DNA from: Limnochordia bacterium
GTDB taxonomy: Bacteria > Bacillota > Limnochordia > DTU080
Length of the DNA stretch: 64,000 nt
Direction of reading: 5' to 3'
NCBI GenBank assembly: GCA_050951545.1
Contig: JBMNJG010000012.1
Span: 64,001-128,000 of the forward strand
Numbering within the stretch: position 1 is the stretch's first letter; each line of letters opens with the position of its first letter. The notes beneath the pieces are model-generated. The model did no database searches. It worked only from the letters and a program-made list of their open reading frames with translations, and had not been told where the DNA came from. The translations under genes and the position numbers were made by a program. Below, in pieces: positions 36,696 to 45,810 of the stretch.

Positions 36696-39600
36696 CTATG
36701 GGACCACGAAGACACCCAGGAGTGCTGATAAGGCAGCGGCCGTCCAAGCTTGGCTCTTAGTGCTCTTGATTTCCTTATCCACCTTGACCTGATTGGCCTC
36801 GTGCTGATGCTCAAGATCAGAAATCCTCTTCTCCATTGATCGCTCGCGAGCCAAGGCGGCAGTCAGATGACTTGCGAGCCCATCTTGTACGCGTTGATCC
36901 AGTTGAGCAAGCTGGTCATCTGATAGGCCAAGCCTACTCTCAGCTGCCAGCAGCTTGGCAGTAGCCTGATTCAGCTCACGCTGGGTCTGGGCAAGCTCCG
37001 TCTTCAGACCGTCTATCTGGGTCTGCAGGCCCGCAGCCAAGGCTGTTAGCGCTTGCTGGAATTGATTGGCCTGTTCCTCATTCTGTTTTGTCAGGGCAGC
37101 GGTGTCTGCCTCGTGCTTGGCCCTGAGTTCGTTCTCCCTACGCTGCATATCTGCCAGCTCAGCACCGAGGCGCTGAGCTAGAGCCTCATCTCTTGTCGCC
37201 ATGTCTTCCTGAAGAACAGCCAGCTGTTTGTCTTGGGCAGCAAGATGAGACTGGAGGTCAGTTATCTGTTCTTCTAAGGCCTGCAATGCAGCAGCTCGTG
37301 CAGTCGCTTCAGCGGTTAGGTCAGCTCTCTGCATAGACAGCTCGCGCCTCAGATTCGCGATTAGTCCATCCACCCTCTTGTTCTGCGATGCTATCTCATT
37401 GCTTAGTGTATCGCGAAGATCGCGATCCTGCGTGGCGAGATCAGACTGCAGAATAACGACTTGTGCCTCAATCGTCTCCAATGAAGACTCACAGGCGGCG
37501 ATTTCGGCATCAAAGTCGGCTCTTTGCGCGGACAACTCTTGTCTTAGATCCGCAAGGCTCCGCTCCAGCTTTCTGTCCTGAGCGGCCAAGTTCATTGACA
37601 GCTTACCCTCCAGAGCGAGATCTCGAGCTTCGATTTCAGACTGTAGCTCGGCGATCCGCGTCTCAAGTGTTTGAAGCGTTTGGGCACGGGCGAGAGTCTC
37701 CGTCTCTAGGGCTGTTCCCTGTGCAGCCAGTTCCTGCCTTAGGTCAGCGACATGTTTTTCCAGTTTATCTTCCTGAGCGGCCTGGCTTATCAGCAGCTTA
37801 CCCTCTAGAGCGAGATTCTGAGCGTAGGTGTCAGACTGCAGCGCAGCCACCTGAGCCTCGAGCTTCTGCAGGGCGACTGTCCGCGTGGCGGTCTCCGTCT
37901 CAAGATCTGTCTTCTGTGCAGCCAATCCCTGCCTCAGGTCAGCGACATACGAGTCTAGCTTTCGTTCCTGAGAGGCCAGGTTTGCCCCCAACTTGCTGTC
38001 CAGGGCAAGGCTCTGATCATCAAGGTCGGCTTGCAGGGCAGCGATCTGCGCTTCAAGCCTCTGTAGTGCATGCGCGCGGGCTGCGGTCTCCGTCTGGAGA
38101 CCAGTCTTCTGAGTCGCCAACTCTTGCTGCAGATCAGCGATCTGTTTCTGCATCTTACTATCCTGTAGGGCTACCTCGGTGCCTAGTTGGCCGCGAAGAT
38201 CCTTGTTCTGCTGATCGAGACTGGACTGCAACGCAGCGATCTGCGCCTCAAGCGTGTCTACCGCCTTCGTGCGAGTGACGGTCTCCGTCTCCAGGCCTGT
38301 CTTCTGTGCAGCCAACTCCTGCCTTAGTTCGTTGACACGGCTGTCTAGCTTCCTGTCCTGAGAGGCCAGGTTCATTCCCAGCTTGTCCTCCAGCACTAGA
38401 TTCTGAGCGCTAATGCCAGACTGAAGAGCGGCGATCTGGCTCTGCAGGTCCTTGTCTTGGGCGTCCAATGCAGACAGCTGTTGGTCCAGCGTCTGCAGGG
38501 CGCGTGTGCGGGCGGCCGTCTCCGACTCCAGGCCTGCTTTCTGTGCAGCGAGTTCTAGTCTCAGATCGGCGATATGCTTCTCTAGCTTCTTGTCCTGCGA
38601 GGCCACCTCACTGCCGAGTTGACCGCGAAGATCCTTGTTCTGGGCATCAAGGCTAGACTGTAGCGTTGCGATCTGCCCCTCAAGCTTCTGCAGTGCTTGT
38701 GTGCGGGCGGCGGTCTCCGTCTCTAGGCCTGTTTCTTGTATGGAAAGCTCCTGTTTCAGTTCGGCGACATGCTTGTCTAGTTTCCTGTCTTGAGAGGCCA
38801 CTCCAGACCCAAGACTGGACTCCAAGACAGCGAGCTTACTCTGCAGCGCCTGCAATGAAGCAGAACGCAGCTCGGTCTCTGAACTCAGGCTCTGTTTCTG
38901 AGCTTGCAGTGCCTGTTGCAGATCGAGAATCTGTGCATCATGGTCGCCTATGCTTCTGTTGAGACTCGATTCCATGGTGATAATGGAGTTGCGCATCTGT
39001 TTGGTATCTTGCTCCAGCTTGCTCAGCTGCCCGTCCAGTTGTCTGAGTTTCACTAACTGGTCTGAAGTCTGCTTTTCCAGGCTTCGCCAGCTCTGATCTT
39101 GCTCGAGCTTCACTCCTGCTGCCAGTGCCTGTGCCTCGCGGCGTATCGCATTCAGGTCGGCGACCAATTCGGCCTCTCGAACATCCAGGCGTTCTTTGAG
39201 GATCGACGTTTCCCCCTCCACTTGGCTCATACGCGTGGATAGGTTCCGGTCAATGGTCAGAAGGTTCTGGCCCACAGAGTCAACGTCACGACGCAGGTCG
39301 CGCGTTTGCGTACCCAGTGAGGCGTTTAGTGCAGCGTTGTCCGCTATCTGGCGCTGCAGGGCATCCGTGCGGGTCGACAGATCGCCAAAGGCTACAAGAG
39401 CCTCATTGATCTTCTCGTCAAGTGTGCTGAAGCGCCTGTCCGCTGCTTCGACATTGCGGCTGATCTTCTCTTGGGCCGCGTAATACTGGACCAACTCAGC
39501 CCGGTACTCATCAGTCAGCTTGCGAAGCAATTGCACATCGGTTCCGGTGGCGCCGACCGACGCACGGTCAAACTCTTCTAGCATCTGAGCTAGCACACTT

Positions 39601-39815
39601 GCGAAGGTATAACGATCCACAGGTTCGTTTCCCCGAAAAGCCCCGTCGGCTCCTAGGCTAAGATAACCTCGGCCGACGAGCGTGCGCACGGCGTCGTAGG
39701 CCCAGTGACCTAAAGGCACATCCTTAATGTCAGTAGACGCTGCGAAGGCAGCTGTTGACAGCAACACGAAAGACAAAAGCAAGTACCGGAGCACAAGACC
39801 TTTCCCGTTGTTCAT
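36696..39815 (-). CDS. SLH-domain protein with very long coiled coil and C-terminal hydrophobic anchor (Omp-alpha-like architecture)
   Basis: Signal peptide (AFA), single SLH (DVPLGHWAY...FRG...DRY.FA), L..L..EY..EL linker as in OmpM/Omp-alpha, ~900 aa helical repeats, tail AWTAAALSALLGVFVV. Confidence 0.85.
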   Translation of the reverse strand: MNNGKGLVLRYLLLSFVLLSTAAFAASTDIKDVPLGHWAYDAVRTLVGRGYLSLGADGAFRGNEPVDRYTFASVLAQMLEEFDRASVGATGTDVQLLRKLTDEYRAELVQYYAAQEKISRNVEAADRRFSTLDEKINEALVAFGDLSTRTDALQRQIADNAALNASLGTQTRDLRRDVDSVGQNLLTIDRNLSTRMSQVEGETSILKERLDVREAELVADLNAIRREAQALAAGVKLEQDQSWRSLEKQTSDQLVKLRQLDGQLSKLEQDTKQMRNSIITMESSLNRSIGDHDAQILDLQQALQAQKQSLSSETELRSASLQALQSKLAVLESSLGSGVASQDRKLDKHVAELKQELSIQETGLETETAARTQALQKLEGQIATLQSSLDAQNKDLRGQLGSEVASQDKKLEKHIADLRLELAAQKAGLESETAARTRALQTLDQQLSALDAQDKDLQSQIAALQSGISAQNLVLEDKLGMNLASQDRKLDSRVNELRQELAAQKTGLETETVTRTKAVDTLEAQIAALQSSLDQQNKDLRGQLGTEVALQDSKMQKQIADLQQELATQKTGLQTETAARAHALQRLEAQIAALQADLDDQSLALDSKLGANLASQERKLDSYVADLRQGLAAQKTDLETETATRTVALQKLEAQVAALQSDTYAQNLALEGKLLISQAAQEDKLEKHVADLRQELAAQGTALETETLARAQTLQTLETRIAELQSEIEARDLALEGKLSMNLAAQDRKLERSLADLRQELSAQRADFDAEIAACESSLETIEAQVVILQSDLATQDRDLRDTLSNEIASQNKRVDGLIANLRRELSMQRADLTAEATARAAALQALEEQITDLQSHLAAQDKQLAVLQEDMATRDEALAQRLGAELADMQRRENELRAKHEADTAALTKQNEEQANQFQQALTALAAGLQTQIDGLKTELAQTQRELNQATAKLLAAESRLGLSDDQLAQLDQRVQDGLASHLTAALARERSMEKRISDLEHQHEANQVKVDKEIKSTKSQAWTAAALSALLGVFVVP
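37225..38795 (-). repeat. Eight in-frame 195-bp (65-aa) tandem repeats
   Basis: Unit starts at 38795, 38600, 38363, 38168, 37973, 37778, 37583, 37388; unit 2 carries a 42-bp insertion. Confidence 0.9.
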
Positions 39816-39975
39816 GGCTGCACCTCTCCCCAGAAAATCGTGTTACGCTGTTCGGGCATGTCGGCGGCCTGCGATTTTCGCCAGCGATGGTGTCGGCAGT
39901 TACGCGTGGTTGGCCGCCGACACGCGCACTTCCTTGGAGAATCCTTCTGCACGATGCTGGTACCAGTTCTTTTCC

Positions 39976-42039
39976 TCAGGGAATCGTAGTTACACCTGCA
40001 CCGCCAGTAGCTACCTGTAGCTCCTGGTCGTAGCGGTCTTTCACCACAGCCTTGTCAACGTGTAATGTGGAACTCCCAGGAGCGATGGCCTCAAAGCGTA
40101 GCAGAGCCACACTGCCCGAAAGAATGGGTTCGACCGGCGCATCAGCACGGTGCCCACTTACGACTACGCGAGCCAAGGGCTTGGATATATCTACCCAGAC
40201 CTTCGGACGATCCCAACCCAGGTACTCTCTGTGCTTTGTGACGAACAAGGTGCCGCGATCAACACCTAGCGGTCCACCCAACAGTCGTAGTCGCGTCGGA
40301 TCGTAGGTCACCTCGACGTCGACTCTATGCGCCGCTCTCAAGTTAGCGGCCCATACGCTTGCTACAAAGGTCTCACCTACGACCAGAGGCCCCGGACCAC
40401 GTCCGGCCAGCCTCTCCACCGTGATACCAACCCCGCTCTCCAGTGGGGGGACCCTAAGCAGGCCACTTGCACTTACGGCTGAACTCTGGGCTGGCCATGA
40501 TGCTCTGAGTGTGAAGGGGAGATCGCCAGCTTCACCAGTGGGAGCGATGTGCCAACGTACCGCATAGCTCTCGCCTGGATCAAGGAAACCAATCGTGCGT
40601 GTTGGGGTATCTCCACTGGCCATCTGCAGGCCGCGACTAGACGACCACTCCGCCTGAACCCCACTCGCTGCAGCCTGTCCTACGTTAGATACCGTCGCTT
40701 CGATGGCATAGGGTACTGGGTGCCATTGGTTATCAACTACCGAGAGCCGGGCTTGTGGCTGCTTAAGGGTGACACGCAGGCGCGCAGGCGAGACCACGTT
40801 GATTTGTCTACTGACTGTATTGGGTTCTGCGTTCATGGCAGTGACGCCTACACTTAACGTGAGTTTTCCTGCACCTTCGAGAGCTTGGACTCTCCAGCTC
40901 ACTTGCGCCGTCTCACCCACTCGCAGATTAGGCAAGGATCGTGTTGCCTGCTGGCCTGGCACCAGCTTGAGCCCTTTAGGCAAGCTGATGGTCGCTTCGA
41001 GATCACGGGTCTCGCCGCTACCTCCATTCTGCACGTAGGCCACTACTGGGAAGCTGTCCCCAGTGTCGCCGCCAATCACGGTTGCCGGGCACGTCACACC
41101 CAGTTGGAGTTGCCCAGGGGCTATTGTGATACCACCGAGGCCGTAGTAGATCACATAGGTGCGTCGCTCACCAGCAGCCATGACAGTGGGCTCCCATACA
41201 AGAGCCATGGCACTATCAAGCTCAAACCCGCCAATGCGGGTGAAATCACGTCCCGGCTGAAAATCAACCTCCCAGGGATGCTCGGTCAGAGTACCCCAGT
41301 TGGTGAAGTAGACCTTATCGGGTTGAGTCACTTCGCCGCCCCATAGGGTTCCTTGAGCCGTCACTTTCGGGTCTTCTAGGGAGTCAAATGCCTGCCAAAA
41401 TTCAGGAATGGTTCTGCCCGAGAAAACCGTATCTGTCGTGACAGCTTGCTCGCCAACACGGAATGGAGCACCATCGTTGTCTCCCAGCATGGTGTCCAGT
41501 GTAACGCGCATCCCTACATGATGCTGTTGCGAGTCACTATTCCAGAGCTCGTAGCAGATCCTCGCCGTATCCATCAGGCCCGTTGTACTAGATCGGACGA
41601 AGCTGACACTCTGGCTGACCCTGAGAGGCCCCATCTGCCAGGCACTCTCGATTCTCCGATTCTCAACAAGGGCTGGCTGTCGGACGACGACCCCGCTGAA
41701 ACCACCAAAACCAGCGCTATCACGCGTGGGCCCGCCATAGACCCACGGTGTGCCGTCAACAGACACAGTCGTGAATGAAGTCCACGGGCCCTTGACATCC
41801 TCACGCTGGTAGATCAGGTACGTGTTGTCATCGGAAAGGCGATCGGGGTCACCGCCAGTGGTCTTGATTGCGAAGCGCCCTGCGTTTTCAGCGCGGCCAT
41901 TGACCGTCACAGCTATGTACTCGTTGCGCAATACTATGTCGGAGGCTTGGGCACGAGACGCATACACGGTCAGACTGAGCCCCACGCAGACGATTGCTAT
42001 GAGACAGGAAACCGTTCGGTACCAGTTTTGTGATGACAT
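39976..42039 (-). CDS. Secreted beta-rich protein: unknown N-terminal domain, two Ig-like (NPCBM-assoc/CARDB-like) domains, C-terminal cohesin-like domain
   Basis: Signal peptide ending AQA; Ig-like V.N.G....L.LP.GL...L..GE...V.W twice; cohesin-like GETF...V.YDP..L...G.VA.L.F.A...G.S.L; ATG 42039 after GGGAGG. Confidence 0.7.
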   Translation of the reverse strand: MSSQNWYRTVSCLIAIVCVGLSLTVYASRAQASDIVLRNEYIAVTVNGRAENAGRFAIKTTGGDPDRLSDDNTYLIYQREDVKGPWTSFTTVSVDGTPWVYGGPTRDSAGFGGFSGVVVRQPALVENRRIESAWQMGPLRVSQSVSFVRSSTTGLMDTARICYELWNSDSQQHHVGMRVTLDTMLGDNDGAPFRVGEQAVTTDTVFSGRTIPEFWQAFDSLEDPKVTAQGTLWGGEVTQPDKVYFTNWGTLTEHPWEVDFQPGRDFTRIGGFELDSAMALVWEPTVMAAGERRTYVIYYGLGGITIAPGQLQLGVTCPATVIGGDTGDSFPVVAYVQNGGSGETRDLEATISLPKGLKLVPGQQATRSLPNLRVGETAQVSWRVQALEGAGKLTLSVGVTAMNAEPNTVSRQINVVSPARLRVTLKQPQARLSVVDNQWHPVPYAIEATVSNVGQAAASGVQAEWSSSRGLQMASGDTPTRTIGFLDPGESYAVRWHIAPTGEAGDLPFTLRASWPAQSSAVSASGLLRVPPLESGVGITVERLAGRGPGPLVVGETFVASVWAANLRAAHRVDVEVTYDPTRLRLLGGPLGVDRGTLFVTKHREYLGWDRPKVWVDISKPLARVVVSGHRADAPVEPILSGSVALLRFEAIAPGSSTLHVDKAVVKDRYDQELQVATGGAGVTTIP

Positions 42040-42152
42040 GACATTGGAGACCTCCCAACAGTCCTCTTTGCGCATACAGGTTACGCCCGCGCCTAACGGA
42101 CCCATATCACCCTGGTTGGCTACGCATATGTGCACAGGCCGGGGCTCAGAGT

Positions 42153-42944
42153 TCAAGGCTGGACAAAGCGCACTCGGTCGCCCAGCGGGCTAAGCGTAAC
42201 CCTTTTCGTCTCGGGATGCACCAGCACTTCGATCGTTACCTGGTATGGGCTCGATGCTGGGGCAAACGTAAGCTGCCTGGCAGCAGTCTGTGTTACCCAT
42301 AGATCGAGTTGTGAATGCCCACTGGGCGTAAGGAGCTTCGGATTCACTGCCCGACCCTCAGTGGTAACAGTGACTTCCACTCTTGCTCGCAGTTCGGCTG
42401 CAAGCAAGGCAGCCTCTTTTGCTGGATAGTGACGCAGAAGGCCATGCCCACTTACTACATCACCAACTAGAGGAGGAGCTGGTGGTTCAGGCTCTTTTTC
42501 CTGAACCTCTCGTGCCTCAATCTCAGGCTTGTTCGCAGGCTCTTGAACAGCAGGCTTGGCGGTTGAGACTTCAGGCACCTGCTGAGGGCTCGAGGTTTCT
42601 GTAAGGATGCGGTCTGTGGCGGCCTTCCCCGTGTTCTGACGCGGTACCGTTACGGGAGCCGGGGGGAGCGCAACAGGCTTTGGTTGGCTAGGTGCTTCAA
42701 CCTTCTTGACGGGCGCTGGCTTCTTGACAGGCTCGGGGCGCGGGGCAGGTGCTTTTTTGAGTGCCACGTTCTGGAGAGGGATGATGGTCACCTCAACCGA
42801 GTTGCCGAGTGCAAGAGTTGCATTTGCGGGTTGCAGCCCGAATCCCGGAACTAGGAACACAATAAGGGTGTGCAAGAGTGTGGAGATGAGCAGGAATGCT
42901 GCAGAACGTCGGTTGTTGGTTTTGGTAGCGTACACCCGCTTCAC
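42153..42944 (-). CDS. TonB/TolA-like energy transducer
   Basis: N-terminal TM with SxxxH (STLLH), Pro/Lys/Glu-rich linker, C-terminal YP..A.....V.V.V...G......SG...LD fold pattern. Confidence 0.8.
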   Translation of the reverse strand: MKRVYATKTNNRRSAAFLLISTLLHTLIVFLVPGFGLQPANATLALGNSVEVTIIPLQNVALKKAPAPRPEPVKKPAPVKKVEAPSQPKPVALPPAPVTVPRQNTGKAATDRILTETSSPQQVPEVSTAKPAVQEPANKPEIEAREVQEKEPEPPAPPLVGDVVSGHGLLRHYPAKEAALLAAELRARVEVTVTTEGRAVNPKLLTPSGHSQLDLWVTQTAARQLTFAPASSPYQVTIEVLVHPETKRVTLSPLGDRVRFVQP

Positions 42945-42991
42945 CTCACTTTCCGGCAGGCCGTCTTTGGTCAGCTACGGGTGTCAACGCA

Positions 42992-43414
42992 CTACTGCGT
43001 CTTGGCAGACGGAAGCTGCACTGCCAGGCGCAGATTGTGTATTCCAGCCGCCCGTACGGCATCAATGGCCGTAACCACGCTCTCATATCTAGTGGACTCA
43101 TCGGCCCGAATCGTTACCGTGAGGTTAGGGTCACTGGCCAAATAGTTTCCCGCGATACGCGTGATATCCGCGGGAAGTGCAACCTGACCTGCTGCGTACA
43201 TACGCCCTTGCGCGTCGATCGTCACAATGAGATCGCGTGCAGCTTGGGTGACTGCGGTGGTAGCGCGGGGCAAAATGACGCTGATCCCGGCCGGTGTAGA
43301 GCGAAACGTGGTAAAGAGCATAAAGTAGAACAGAAGTATGGTGAAAATGTCAAGTAGAGAGATCACCTGCACGAATGGCCGACGGTTATTCCGTCTACTT
43401 ATCACCATCATCAT
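42992..43414 (-). CDS. exbD: ExbD/TolR biopolymer transport protein
   Basis: SLLDIFTILLFYFM TM with conserved Asp, LP.A, IRAD....Y..VV..ID.VR.AG. Confidence 0.9.
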   Translation of the reverse strand: MMMVISRRNNRRPFVQVISLLDIFTILLFYFMLFTTFRSTPAGISVILPRATTAVTQAARDLIVTIDAQGRMYAAGQVALPADITRIAGNYLASDPNLTVTIRADESTRYESVVTAIDAVRAAGIHNLRLAVQLPSAKTQ

Positions 43415-44034
43415 GCTTCACCCCGGGCTTCGGAGACGATATCCATCACCAGATTGCCCGCTCGGTTCATTTCCTGCACTCGGCGGTCCACGATCGAGCT
43501 GAACCAATCGAAAACGGCGGCAGAAGGAATAGCGATGGTCAGCCCGACGGCCGTCGTGATAAGTGCTTCCGCAATGCCTGCACTGAGTGCACTGGGGCCT
43601 TCTATGCCCTGCAAAGCAGAAAGAACCCGAAATGAGCGGATGATACCAAAAACAGTGCCTAGCAGGCCAAGAAGGGGTGAAATGGTCGTTATGGTTCCCA
43701 GAACAGGAAGGCTTCTCTCCATCTGTTGAATCTCTGCTCGGCCAGCCAGCTCGAGGTGGGCACGCATCTGATCTCTGCCCTTGTCTGCGTAGGCGATACC
43801 TGCAGAAAGAAGCCCGGCAAACGGACCGGGGGCCTGTTTGGCAATTTGGAGTGCCTCAAGGTAGTTACCGTGCGTCAGTGGATCGCGTAGAGCGGCGATT
43901 ACCACGTCTGCGTCCGATCGGGTGCGCCAGTAATACCAACCTCGTTCAAGAAAAATCGCCAAGGCCACCACCGAGCATAGACCTAGCGGTATCATGACCG
44001 GACCGCCCTTTGCCAGCGTTTCCAGCATCCGCAA
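43411..44034 (-). CDS. exbB: ExbB/TolQ proton channel protein
   Basis: GG.VM.PL, PLLGLLGTV.G, GIAEALITTA.GL.IAIP. Confidence 0.92.
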   Translation of the reverse strand: MRMLETLAKGGPVMIPLGLCSVVALAIFLERGWYYWRTRSDADVVIAALRDPLTHGNYLEALQIAKQAPGPFAGLLSAGIAYADKGRDQMRAHLELAGRAEIQQMERSLPVLGTITTISPLLGLLGTVFGIIRSFRVLSALQGIEGPSALSAGIAEALITTAVGLTIAIPSAAVFDWFSSIVDRRVQEMNRAGNLVMDIVSEARGEA

Positions 44035-44110
44035 TCAACCTCCGACTCAAATGCGCATTACGCTTGAGCACAAGCGTCTTACCATTCTTTAGGATCCTAT
44101 AGGTCCAGGC

Positions 44111-44136
44111 TTCGACGCAAATGCGTCAACTCCTGT
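44111..44136 (-). promoter_or_regulatory. SigH-like promoter upstream of exbB
   Basis: ACAGGA-N17-GAAG (GTCGAA -10) on the - strand. Confidence 0.4.
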
Positions 44137-44196
44137 CAGACTGTAGTCCCATCCTTTGCGGGCGGAAGCGAGAACCTAGGCAAGTCGGGGCTGAAC

Positions 44197-44931
44197 CTAT
44201 AGAACCTTGTCGAGAAAAAGGCGTGTTCGTTCTTCTCGTGGCTGCGAAAAGAGTTTCGCGGGTGTGCCCCGCTCCACGATACGGCCCTCATCCATGAAAA
44301 GAACTCGATCGGCGACCTCGCGGGCGAACCCCATCTCGTGGGTTGCAACGAGCATAGTCATCCCTTCGGCGGCGAGGGCGATCATGACATCAAGGACTTC
44401 CTTAATCATCTCCGGGTCTAACGCTGAGGTAGGCTCATCAAAAAGCATGATCTTGGGTTCCATCGCCATCGCTCGAGCGATGGCTACGCGCTGCTGTTGT
44501 CCGCCTGATAAGGCGGCTGGATACGAAGACGATTTCTCCGGAATACCGACCTTGCGCAGCAACTCGTGAGCCTTGTTTTTGGCTTCTTCTTCACTTACTT
44601 TCTTGACCTTGATCGGGGCCAAAGTAATGTTCTCTAGAACCGTCATGTGCGGGTAGAGGTTGAACTGTTGGAAGACCATGCCTATTTGCGAGCGCACTAC
44701 GGTGATCGGCGTCCGCGGATCGGAGACGTCGAAGCCATCTACGATCACTTGCCCTGACTGGATTTCTTCCAAACGATTGATGCATCGCAACAACGTGCTC
44801 TTGCCTGAGCCACTAGGGCCTATGACAACAACAACTTCTCCCTTGCCAACGCTTTCGTTTATGTCTCGTAACACGTGGAGCTTGCCGAAGAACTTTTCAA
44901 CACCGATCAACTGAATGATAGGGGTAGACAA
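44197..44931 (-). CDS. glnQ: Polar amino acid ABC transporter ATP-binding protein (GlnQ-like)
   Basis: [35 protein letters not shown]; start uncertain (44931 vs 45009). Confidence 0.9.
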   Translation of the reverse strand: MSTPIIQLIGVEKFFGKLHVLRDINESVGKGEVVVVIGPSGSGKSTLLRCINRLEEIQSGQVIVDGFDVSDPRTPITVVRSQIGMVFQQFNLYPHMTVLENITLAPIKVKKVSEEEAKNKAHELLRKVGIPEKSSSYPAALSGGQQQRVAIARAMAMEPKIMLFDEPTSALDPEMIKEVLDVMIALAAEGMTMLVATHEMGFAREVADRVLFMDEGRIVERGTPAKLFSQPREERTRLFLDKVL

Positions 44932-45094
44932 TGGATTCGCCGCCTCCAGACCAACAGGGATCAAAGACACTCTACGACGAAATTGTGCACGATCCTGCTT
45001 CGGCAGCAAAGAGTTCGATTCGCCGCCGCAAAACCACGGAAAAAGACGGCGCCCAGGAGGACACCGTCAGCGAGATCAAGCGCCATAAAGCGAC

Positions 45095-45652
45095 TCAGGC
45101 AGTTTTTGTCTCGCGTTCAGCGGAGTGAGTCCGCAGGAAACCATCACGTCGGATACTCATGAGAAAAGTCTCTCGCATCTGTCCGTCGGCAGATCGTCGA
45201 TTCAGACGGCCTTCTTTATGGAAGCCTGCCTTTTCGTAACAGCGGATAGCGCGGAGATTAGAGGCGAAGACACGTAGGTAGATGCAAGAGAGAGTCATGC
45301 TTCCAAACGCGTGTCGAAGAAACGTAACGATAGCATCAGTGCCATAGCCTTGATCCCACAGATGATGCTCACCGATGCGGATGCGTAGTTCACCGTCACC
45401 GCTCCGCCACGTAATGTGGTCTAGCTGGATATCACCGATAAGCTTGTTATCGTGCAGTGACACGATGGCGTAGTGCTGGGCGTGGCGATCGCTTCTGATT
45501 TTCTGTAGCCAAGCGTCACATTCCTCAAGGGTGGCTGGAAAGTCGCCCTCGAGGTAGCGATTCACCACTTCGTCGCGGCCCCAGGTTACCATCTGTGGAA
45601 AGTCATCAGGCGTCGCCAAGCGTAGGCGGACTTTTTCGCCGGACATCAACAT
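45095..45652 (-). CDS. GNAT acetyltransferase, RimJ/RimL type
   Basis: VRLR, WDQGYGT, N.RAIRCYEKAGF..EG. Confidence 0.9.
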   Translation of the reverse strand: MLMSGEKVRLRLATPDDFPQMVTWGRDEVVNRYLEGDFPATLEECDAWLQKIRSDRHAQHYAIVSLHDNKLIGDIQLDHITWRSGDGELRIRIGEHHLWDQGYGTDAIVTFLRHAFGSMTLSCIYLRVFASNLRAIRCYEKAGFHKEGRLNRRSADGQMRETFLMSIRRDGFLRTHSAERETKTA

Positions 45653-45810
45653 GGTTGAGCCATCTCCTCCAATGTAGGTAGTAAATGATCATGGGAGTGT
45701 CGTGTGCTATGGATGTGTGCCGCGCGATCTAGGTCCCCCATGCCCAGGGTATTCTTGATTAGCAACCAAGCGCCTCTCGTTAGATGTTGCCAACTAAGTC
45801 AGCCCTAGGA

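Noticed and set aside
37225-38795. Regular DNA repeats as a CRISPR array
   Set aside because: 195-bp degenerate in-frame coding repeats with no unique spacers and no cas genes
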